Shown here piece after piece: positions 9,772 to 18,762 of a stretch of DNA of 64,000 nt (positions within the stretch are counted from its first letter, which is position 1; every line of letters begins with the position of its first letter). The DNA comes from Candidatus Poribacteria bacterium (GTDB taxonomy: Bacteria > Poribacteria > WGA-4E > GCA-2687025), in the NCBI GenBank assembly GCA_963665845.2, contig OY762492.1, positions 96,001-160,000 on the forward strand, written 5' to 3'. The notes below the pieces were generated by a model. That model worked only from the letters and a program-made list of their open reading frames with translations, ran no database searches and had not been told where the DNA came from. Both the position numbers and the translations under genes were made by a program.

Positions 9772-10530
9772 ATGAAAATACTGATCAGATCGCTGTGCGC
9801 CGCCGCGTTCGCCTATCTGCTGACCGCGCCGACAGCCGGGGCAGATATGGTGTTCTATCTGCCGATGGACGAAGGAGCGGGAGCGCCGCAGGACGTCTCC
9901 GGCAATAACAACCATGGAGCCTTTGAAGCCGAGCCGGACTGGATCGACGGACAATTCGGCAAGGCTCTCAGCTTCAAATCGCAAAAGTGGCTGAAGATAC
10001 CGGTGGGCGACCCTGACATCTTCATCAACCCGTTCACCGTCACGGTCTGGATCAATCCGCCCTTGGCGGGGAACACGTGGCAGCAGGTGGTGCGGTGCGG
10101 ACCTCACAACGGCTCCGGCCGTTACTCATGGTTCGTCAACAACGGCGGATTCATGTCCTGGCGCGGATTTGCCGGCGGCGGATGGAACGCATGGAGCACC
10201 ATGCCGGGCGGCGTCATCTCCGCGAACGAATGGACGCAGGTCGCGATCGTCAACACAGGCGACGAGTTTGTCAACTATGTCAACGGCAAAGAGGTGAATC
10301 GCAACGCCTTTGCCGCCGGCGACGGACAGACAACCTATGTCGGACTCGGCTGGGACGGCGTTTCGGGCGGCGAGTTTTATGACGGCGCGGTGGACGATGC
10401 CGCCGTCTTTGACGAAGCGCTCAGCGCCGACGACATCGCCAGGTTTGCGGACGGGACGGTCGGCGAAGCGTTGAGCGTCGATCCGCAGGGCAAGGCGGCC
10501 GTTTCCTGGGGCTTGTTGAAGTCTGAATAA
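9772..10530 (+). CDS. Secreted LamG / concanavalin A-like domain protein
   Basis: GGAG RBS, signal peptide, YLPMDEGAG..DVSGNNNHG, GQFGKAL, YVNGKEV, DDAAVFDEALS; C-terminal VDPQGKAAVSWGLLK. Confidence 0.88.
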   Translation: MKILIRSLCAAAFAYLLTAPTAGADMVFYLPMDEGAGAPQDVSGNNNHGAFEAEPDWIDGQFGKALSFKSQKWLKIPVGDPDIFINPFTVTVWINPPLAGNTWQQVVRCGPHNGSGRYSWFVNNGGFMSWRGFAGGGWNAWSTMPGGVISANEWTQVAIVNTGDEFVNYVNGKEVNRNAFAAGDGQTTYVGLGWDGVSGGEFYDGAVDDAAVFDEALSADDIARFADGTVGEALSVDPQGKAAVSWGLLKSE

Positions 10531-10544
10531 AGGCGCCTTTTAAG

Positions 10545-10813
10545 ATTCCCGCTTGCGCGGGAATGACGACGAGAAGCGGCGCGCCGCGTCCGATTCCCCC
10601 CTTGAAAAGGGGGGCTAGGGGGGTTTGAGCGCGCGGGTTGCGCTGGGTTTTGAACTAGGATGGAAGGATGATTAAGATTGCCAAGATAGTTGTCATTCGG
10701 GAATCCTCTTGGCAATCTTTTCCATCTTGGCAATCCTAGTTCAGACGACAACCGCGGCGCCGGCTAAGATTCCCGCTTGCGCGGGAATGACGAGAAGGGC
10801 CGCGGGAATGACG
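10545..10813. repeat. Mosaic intergenic repeat cluster
   Basis: ATTCCC-N8-GGGAAT at 10545-10564 and 10769-10788; CCCCCCTTGAAAAGGGGGG hairpin at ~10596-10614; TGAACTAGGAT...ATCCTAGTTCA inverted repeat at 10651-10743. Confidence 0.85.
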
Positions 10814-10832
10814 CAGAGCGGCGGCTTCGCAT

Positions 10833-12206
<1,374 letters not shown>

Positions 12207-12215
12207 GTCTCTCCA

Positions 12216-12244
12216 TTGCTTTCGCCGCCGAATCGTCGTATGAT
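12216..12244 (+). promoter_or_regulatory. Putative sigma70 promoter for plsC-like gene
   Basis: TTGCTT-N17-TATGAT. Confidence 0.45.
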
Positions 12245-12274
12245 GCGCTCATCCTACAACGGGGAGCCGGCGCC

Positions 12275-12952
12275 ATGGGTCGTTCATTATACAATTATCC
12301 GTCGGATCGGTTTCTTTACAACATCGTTCATCGTTGGGTGTCGATTCCGCTGAACTTGCTGTCGCGCGCGGTTTGCTACGATCTTCACCGCATGCCGATG
12401 GAGGGTCGGCTGCTGGTTGCGGCAAATCACACCAGTTACCTTGACCCGATTTATCTGGGGGCGTTTCTTCCGCGCGAGGTGAATTTTATGGCGAAGCATA
12501 CGTTGTTTGCGCGTCCGTTCGGCTCTTTTTTGCGCGGGGTCGGGGCGTATCCGATCAACCGGGAGAAGGCGGATATATCGGCGCTGCGCCATTCGCTTCG
12601 GCTGTTAAAAAATGAGCAGGCGATTGTCATGTTTCCAGAGGGGACGCGCGCCGGGGAGGAGGAGATTCTGGAGGCGCAGCGCGGGATCGGCTATCTGGCG
12701 GCGCGCTGCGAAACGCCTGTTCTGCCGGTCTATTTGAACGGCGCCTCGGACGTATGGGGGAAGGGCCGAAGCGGGATCCGCCGCTCTCATGTGAGCCTCC
12801 ATATCGGCAACCCGCTGCATTTTGACAAGGACACCGACCATGTGGATGCGGCGAACGCGACCCTAGAAGCGATTGACGGAATGCGCCTTGCGGCGCAGAA
12901 CGGGCAGTTTGCCGGCAGCCCGACTCCGCTCGGCGCGCCCTTAAAAATTTGA
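12275..12952 (+). CDS. plsC: 1-acyl-sn-glycerol-3-phosphate acyltransferase (lysophospholipid acyltransferase)
   Basis: NHTSYLD (HX4D), FMAK, FPEGTR; GGGAG RBS before ATG 12275. Confidence 0.85.
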   Translation: MGRSLYNYPSDRFLYNIVHRWVSIPLNLLSRAVCYDLHRMPMEGRLLVAANHTSYLDPIYLGAFLPREVNFMAKHTLFARPFGSFLRGVGAYPINREKADISALRHSLRLLKNEQAIVMFPEGTRAGEEEILEAQRGIGYLAARCETPVLPVYLNGASDVWGKGRSGIRRSHVSLHIGNPLHFDKDTDHVDAANATLEAIDGMRLAAQNGQFAGSPTPLGAPLKI

Positions 12953-13043
12953 GAATCGTCTTGCAAGCCCCGCGTTTTGTACTCATGAGCCGTAAGAAAA
13001 CGCAAAATGGACCTCCTGACGAGATCGGCGGGGTTGATTTTCA

Positions 13044-13072
13044 TTGCGAAACGGCGCATGGTTTGCTATCCT
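13044..13072 (+). promoter_or_regulatory. Putative extended -10 promoter for P-type ATPase-like gene
   Basis: TTGCGA-N17-TATCCT, with TG two bases before the -10. Confidence 0.35.
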
Positions 13073-13207
13073 TTATGGCATGGTTCAACCGCCGAGACGG
13101 CATCAGCGAGTGACGGACAACATCAGTGAATGTTCAATCAACCCAAGACCGCGCATCGCATTTGACCAACATCCCCTGCAATCGAACGCTCATCACGGAA
13201 GATTCGT

Positions 13208-16051
13208 ATGTCGAACTGGTACTCACAGGATTTATTCTTTCTTCAAAAAACTTTAGACACCAATCTTAAGACAGGATTAACGCCCACGGAGGCGCAGCGC
13301 CGGCGCGGCGAGTCGGCAGCGAACGACGATCTAATTTTCTGGCGCCCGACGCCGTTTTTCAAAGCGGTCGCGGAGCAGGCGTCCAATGCGCGCAGCCTCG
13401 CGCTTCTGATTCTTGGGGTCGCGGGGCTTTTGTACGGGCTGTCGCAGAGCGCGGCGCTCTATATCGGCGGCGCGGTTCTCGGTTTGACGATCCTTGAGAT
13501 CGGAATGCGGACGGCGCAGCAGATCATCTTAGAAAATCATCTGAGCTGGATTGAGCGGGGCAGTTACCGAACGGCGCGCGCCATGCGGGGCGGTCAAACG
13601 GCGGAGTGCTTCCCGAACGAGATCGTCCCCGGCGATGTGATCCATCTTCAGGCGGGCGACTATGTGCCGGCCGACGCCCGCGTCTTTGAGTCGAATCGGC
13701 TGCGGGTCAACGAGTTTCCGCTGACCGGCTTCTCGGATATGCAAGAGAAGCAGATTGAGCCGCTTGAAAGCGGCGTCAGCCCGTCGCGCCATTCCGACCA
13801 GACCAACATGGTTTTTGCGGGAACCTTTGTGCATGCCGGCTCCGGGAAAGCGGCGGTGGTCGCCACCGGCGCCGATCGGGCTATCTGTAAAAAATACGCC
13901 CGTCAGACGATTCAGCTGCCGAAATCGGAATCCAGCGCGCGCCTTGAGCGGATCGCGCCGTATTTGACTTGGACGGGCGGCATCGGCGGCGTCGTCTTGA
14001 TGTTCGCGCTTATAGCGCTGGGTACCGATGTTTTGACCGCGGCGGCGGCGGGGGCGGCTCTATTCGCCGCGGCGGCTCCTGGGTATGGAGCCATCGCCTC
14101 GGCGATCGTCTTCACGCAGGGCATGCGCCAGCTGCGGTCAATGGACGACGCATGGACGATTGTGCAAAAGCCGGAAGCTTTAGAAAAAATGAGCGGAGCC
14201 ACCGCGCTCTGTTTCGACCCGAAGGGCGTCTTGACCTACGACAAGATGTCGCCTCAACAAGTTCTGGTCGACGGACAGATTTACGATATAGAGGCGATAC
14301 GGCAGATGTTCCAAGAGGAGCAGGACGCCGAAGAAGCGCCGCTTGACGACCCCGCTCCGGCTCCGGCGGCGGAGCCTAATGAAGAAGAAGAGGAGCCGAC
14401 CGGCAAAGAGGCGGACATATCTGACCAAGAGGAAGAGGCGCCGACATACGAAAAGCCGCAGGACATGTACATGCTGCTGCTCGCCGCCTCGTTGTGCGCG
14501 AAGCATTCCGCTCCCGGCGAGGAGGGGGTCGCCGGCGTTGACCCGCTCACGTTAGAGGCGCTGTATGAGCTGAACGATATTGTCGGACTTCCAATAGACC
14601 GTTACGACAAGAGCCTCGTCAAAAAACGGGAGACGCCTTACAACTCGGAGACGAAATGGCAGCGCGTCGTCTTTGAAAAGCCGGACGGCAAATATGTGGA
14701 GTTCATCATCGGACGAAGCCCGCAGCTGATTGAGCTGTGCCGGCTGACGCGGATGCATGGCGAGGTGGTCGTTCTCCCGACGGGGCAGCGGGAGTATCTG
14801 CAGGGCGTGAACCATTATTTCCAGTCCGATTACATGCAGACCTTGACGGTCGCCTACCGCGACATCAACGACTTAGATGAGATGGCGGACGCGCCCGAAC
14901 GGATGAACCAGAACATCATCTTTTTAGGGATGCTCTGTTTTCACAACGAGCCGCGCGAGGATATTCAAAAGGTGATCCAACGCTGCCGCGACGACGGGCT
15001 TCGGCTCATGGTCATGTCGGACGGGGAGATCTCGCATGTGGAGAGCATGGCGCGCCACGCGGGGCTGCTTAGCAATTCGCAGCAGTCGCTGTCGGGCGAG
15101 GCGATTCAGCGGATGGAGGATGAGGAGCTGATGCTTCGCCTGGACGACGCGGTGGTGTGCGCGCAGATGCCGAGCGAACAGAAGGCGCGCGTGATACAGA
15201 TGCTGCAGCAGAAAGATCAGCGGGTCGCGTTCCTCGGTTCTCAGCTGGCGGACATACCGGCGATGGAAGCGGCGGACATCGGCTTGGCGCCGTATGACGG
15301 AAGCGCGGACGCGCTGGCGCATGAAGCGGGCGCGCTGACGCTGGATTCCAGTTTAGGCGGTCTCTACAACCTGCTGAAATTCGCCAAGAACGCCGGCAGG
15401 CGCGTCGCGTGGACGGCAAGCTGGACGCTCTCGGTTCATATCGGCCTCGCGGCGATGCTGATCGCGTCCTATGTTCTTTTTGAAATGGGCAAGCAGTGGA
15501 CGCTCCCGATAGAGGTACCGGAGCCGCTGTCGCTGGGGGCGATACTCTGGACGCAGCTGCTGGCTCTAGGATATCCGCTGACGGCGATGGCGCGGAGCGT
15601 CAATCTGACCCCCTCTAGACGCCGAATACTCGCCAATCAGCTGGATCAGCGGATACTGCAGTGGCGGTCGATCATATGGCAGGGGTTGAGTTTAGGCGTC
15701 ATAGGGTTTTTCATAGGGCTTCTGTTCTGCGAGTTTTCCGAAGCGTCTGACGCGCATAAGAGCGCGTTATACGGAGCTTTGCTGATCTTTTTATGCAGCG
15801 CGCTGGTCATGTTGACGCGCGGACTGGCGGGCATCGACACCTCCAGGATCGCGTTTTTCCGAGCAAACGGCGGGTTGCTGCTCGTATTCGCCTTCGCTGT
15901 CGCTGTCGCTGTCATTGCGATGACGACGCCGGCGTTAGGGTGGATTGATGGCAGCGCGCCTGGAGCGCGCGCCGGCGTCTCGTTTCCGTCAGAATGGTGG
16001 ATCGGCGCCATACTGGCAGCCGTGTCATGGTTCGCAACAACAATGGAATGA
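13208..16051 (+). CDS. P2-type cation-transporting ATPase-like protein with degenerate catalytic motifs
   Basis: GLTPTEAQRR, IVPGDVIHLQAGDYVPADAR, NMVFAGT, AVVVATG, PSEQKARVI, ~10 hydrophobic segments; but DPKGVLT, TGFS and GSQLAD replace the canonical motifs. Confidence 0.85.
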   Translation: MSNWYSQDLFFLQKTLDTNLKTGLTPTEAQRRRGESAANDDLIFWRPTPFFKAVAEQASNARSLALLILGVAGLLYGLSQSAALYIGGAVLGLTILEIGMRTAQQIILENHLSWIERGSYRTARAMRGGQTAECFPNEIVPGDVIHLQAGDYVPADARVFESNRLRVNEFPLTGFSDMQEKQIEPLESGVSPSRHSDQTNMVFAGTFVHAGSGKAAVVATGADRAICKKYARQTIQLPKSESSARLERIAPYLTWTGGIGGVVLMFALIALGTDVLTAAAAGAALFAAAAPGYGAIASAIVFTQGMRQLRSMDDAWTIVQKPEALEKMSGATALCFDPKGVLTYDKMSPQQVLVDGQIYDIEAIRQMFQEEQDAEEAPLDDPAPAPAAEPNEEEEEPTGKEADISDQEEEAPTYEKPQDMYMLLLAASLCAKHSAPGEEGVAGVDPLTLEALYELNDIVGLPIDRYDKSLVKKRETPYNSETKWQRVVFEKPDGKYVEFIIGRSPQLIELCRLTRMHGEVVVLPTGQREYLQGVNHYFQSDYMQTLTVAYRDINDLDEMADAPERMNQNIIFLGMLCFHNEPREDIQKVIQRCRDDGLRLMVMSDGEISHVESMARHAGLLSNSQQSLSGEAIQRMEDEELMLRLDDAVVCAQMPSEQKARVIQMLQQKDQRVAFLGSQLADIPAMEAADIGLAPYDGSADALAHEAGALTLDSSLGGLYNLLKFAKNAGRRVAWTASWTLSVHIGLAAMLIASYVLFEMGKQWTLPIEVPEPLSLGAILWTQLLALGYPLTAMARSVNLTPSRRRILANQLDQRILQWRSIIWQGLSLGVIGFFIGLLFCEFSEASDAHKSALYGALLIFLCSALVMLTRGLAGIDTSRIAFFRANGGLLLVFAFAVAVAVIAMTTPALGWIDGSAPGARAGVSFPSEWWIGAILAAVSWFATTME

Positions 16052-17379
16052 AAACGATGGCAAGAACATCGCCCCGCCTCCGCATACGTCTTAATTGGAA
16101 GCGCGCTCTCGGCTGTTTTGCCGCTCTCATGCTGGCGGCGGGGCTGATCGTCGGATGGGCGTCAGCTCTCCCGCGCGCCGACTCGCCAGAAGAGGTCGGC
16201 ATGTCGTCGGAACGGCTGCAGCGGCTCGACAAGGTCATGCGGCAGTATGTGGACAATCAACGTCTCGCGGGAGCCGTAACGCTCATCGCGCGGCGCGGAA
16301 AGATCGCCCATCTCGGCGTGTACGGCATGGCGAACCGCGAAACGAAACAGCCCATGCAGAGCGGTACGCTTTTCCGCATCGCCTCCATGACGAAACCGAT
16401 TACGAGCGCCGCCGCCATGATGCTCTATGAAGAGGGGAAGTTTCGCCTTGATCAGCCTGTTGAACAGCTGCTGCCGGAATTCAAGGACGCGCGGGTCGTC
16501 AAGGAAAACGCGGACGGCGGCGGGGACGAAGCGTTTGAAGAGCCGATACGAAAAATGACGATACGGCATCTGTTGACGCACACGTCAGGGCTGACCTACG
16601 GAGGCGGGCCGGCGGCGCCCTATTACCGCGGCAAGCGACTCAATCCTGGCTTCAGGCTCGCGGACATCACGCTGGCGGAGATGAGCGAGGAGCTGGGGAA
16701 AGTCCCGCTGGCGTTCCACCCCGGCGACCGATGGCAGTACGGTTATTCAACCGATGTGCTGGGTCGCGCGGTGGAGGTTGCGTCGGGGATGACGCTGGCG
16801 CAGTTTTTTGAGGAGCGCATCTTCAAGCCGCTCCAGATGAACGACACCGCCTTTTTCTATCCGAAGGAGGCGAAGGAGCGGTTTGCGGTCGTCTACTCGC
16901 CGGACGCGGAGGTCGGCTTGAAGCCGCATCCGAGAATAACGCAGTTCGGCTGGCGCTCCGTCGCGTATCCGTATGAGGGACCGCAGAAAACCTACTGCGG
17001 CGGAAGCGGACTCAGTTCGACGGCGGTCGACTATGCGCGGTTTTGCCAGATGATCCTGAACGGCGGAGAGCTGGACGGCGTCCGGCTGCTTAGCCCAACG
17101 ACGGTGGAGATGATGTCGCGGGACAACCTGAAGGCGGGGGTGGAGTTTCGCAGCGGGCAGCGGTTCGGGCTGGGGTTCATGACGCATACGAACCCGACAG
17201 CGTCGCGCTCCGTAACCTCCGCGGGGACGATACGATGGAGCGGCATCTGGCATACCGCCTTTTTCATCGACCCGCAGCAGGAACTGATCGGAATCATCAT
17301 GACGCAGCTGTATCCGACTGGGTGGCTGGACGACCAGAAGAAGTTTGAGATGATGACGTATCAGGCGATTTTGGATTGA
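16048..17379 (+). CDS. Serine hydrolase, beta-lactamase (class C-like) family, secreted
   Basis: IASMTKP (SxxK), HLLTHTSG, PGDRWQYG, GLSSTAVDYARF; ATGA overlap with the upstream stop. Confidence 0.9.
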   Translation: MKTMARTSPRLRIRLNWKRALGCFAALMLAAGLIVGWASALPRADSPEEVGMSSERLQRLDKVMRQYVDNQRLAGAVTLIARRGKIAHLGVYGMANRETKQPMQSGTLFRIASMTKPITSAAAMMLYEEGKFRLDQPVEQLLPEFKDARVVKENADGGGDEAFEEPIRKMTIRHLLTHTSGLTYGGGPAAPYYRGKRLNPGFRLADITLAEMSEELGKVPLAFHPGDRWQYGYSTDVLGRAVEVASGMTLAQFFEERIFKPLQMNDTAFFYPKEAKERFAVVYSPDAEVGLKPHPRITQFGWRSVAYPYEGPQKTYCGGSGLSSTAVDYARFCQMILNGGELDGVRLLSPTTVEMMSRDNLKAGVEFRSGQRFGLGFMTHTNPTASRSVTSAGTIRWSGIWHTAFFIDPQQELIGIIMTQLYPTGWLDDQKKFEMMTYQAILD

Positions 17380-18762
17380 TCAGGGGCCGAAAATATCTTT
17401 TAGCGATTCTTCAGGCTCTTCAGCTTGAACAGGGGCTGGTTCTGGTTTTATGGGCCCGCTTCGTTGGATGGTGAGTTTGCGTTCCCATTCTAGATCCTCA
17501 AAGCGATCTAAAAAAGGGCATTCTTTTTCGATGGCGCTGAAATAGACCCACCGCTCCGCGCGCGTGATGCCGAGAAACAGCTCCTCCTGCGAGACGCTGT
17601 CAGATCCCAACAAGGGCATGCGGTTTTCGCTTTCTAAGCCTGGCATCAACACAGTGTCGAAGGTCAAGCTTTTGGCTTTTTCACATGCCATGGCTTTGGG
17701 GCGTCCATTGTTGAAGTCGATCTCTTTTTCGTTGTCTATTTCGTCAACCATTAGTCCGGCATTCTTTAAACCTTCGATATAAATTTGTTTGTCAAATAAG
17801 CGCGTAAACAGAATTGCCACGCGGTCGCCGTTACCAATACAGGAGCGGGCAACTTCCGCCAAGCGGTTGATTTCATCGTTATCGTCTTGCGCAAGGTAAA
17901 GCAGAGGGCGTTGGCGTTCACCCTTCTCGATGACAGGATACTGGGTCAAAAAGGCGGCGCGTTCCAGCTCTTGCCCGACAAACGCCGCCGCAACAGGGGC
18001 AATATGCGCGGGGCCTCCGTAGATATCCAACAGATTTACGTTGGGCCGTCGCAGTTCCAATTCTGAAAGAATCTCCTTTTCGCCGGCTCCTCTGCTGGAC
18101 GCTTGCTGCTTGCTGTCCATAAAAGTAGTGACATGCATGGAGGCGGTTTTCAGGACTCCGTAGGCGGATTTACCAACGTCCTGTCCATCGTCCACCAGAA
18201 TAAAATCGTAAAGAAATTTTGATTTTGTCATCAACTTTGTCATGTTCAAAGCGATTTTAGAGATTGCAAAATTGTTTTTCCTTTCAAGGCGGTTCGCCAT
18301 CTTGCGATCATAGAATTGATCGATCCACTTATCGAAATTTAAGCTGTTTCGAAGGAACTTGAGATCATCCTTATCCAGAAGGCCCAACTTTTTGCCCCAT
18401 ACGTCAAAGGCGGCTGAAAATGTTTCGACGAAGCTCTCGCGCGCCTTGCTTTTCATTTCTTGAAGATAAGATTTACGCAACTTTCGGTACCAATCGCCAA
18501 GGGTCGTTACGCAGTCGGAGGGTATGTCCATTTCTTTCAAAGCGGGGCGAAGATATTCCTTTTGAGCGTTGGAGGAAACGAAAATGCGGTACTTTCCGAT
18601 GGGAACGGGATAATTGTCCATGAGATGGCGGGCGCGGTACAGCAAAACATTTGTCTTTCCGGAACGCGGAGACCCGACAACCGCGCGGTGCCGCTCTATG
18701 TCCATCTCAATCGCGCGGACTTGATCCACCGTCAATTTGCTGCGCGGGACAAGCCAGTTCAT
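17380..18762 (-). CDS. UvrD/Rep-like SF1 helicase-domain protein (degenerate motifs)
   Basis: LTVDQ Q-motif, GSPRSGKT Walker A, ILVDDGQD, MDSKQQ, AKSLTFDTV, LGITRA. Confidence 0.8.
   Translation of the reverse strand: MNWLVPRSKLTVDQVRAIEMDIERHRAVVGSPRSGKTNVLLYRARHLMDNYPVPIGKYRIFVSSNAQKEYLRPALKEMDIPSDCVTTLGDWYRKLRKSYLQEMKSKARESFVETFSAAFDVWGKKLGLLDKDDLKFLRNSLNFDKWIDQFYDRKMANRLERKNNFAISKIALNMTKLMTKSKFLYDFILVDDGQDVGKSAYGVLKTASMHVTTFMDSKQQASSRGAGEKEILSELELRRPNVNLLDIYGGPAHIAPVAAAFVGQELERAAFLTQYPVIEKGERQRPLLYLAQDDNDEINRLAEVARSCIGNGDRVAILFTRLFDKQIYIEGLKNAGLMVDEIDNEKEIDFNNGRPKAMACEKAKSLTFDTVLMPGLESENRMPLLGSDSVSQEELFLGITRAERWVYFSAIEKECPFLDRFEDLEWERKLTIQRSGPIKPEPAPVQAEEPEESLKDIFGP

Noticed and set aside
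13073-13207. Metal-sensing riboswitch in the ATPase leader
   Set aside because: No recognisable yybP-ykoY or M-box consensus by eye; an Infernal/Rfam scan would be needed
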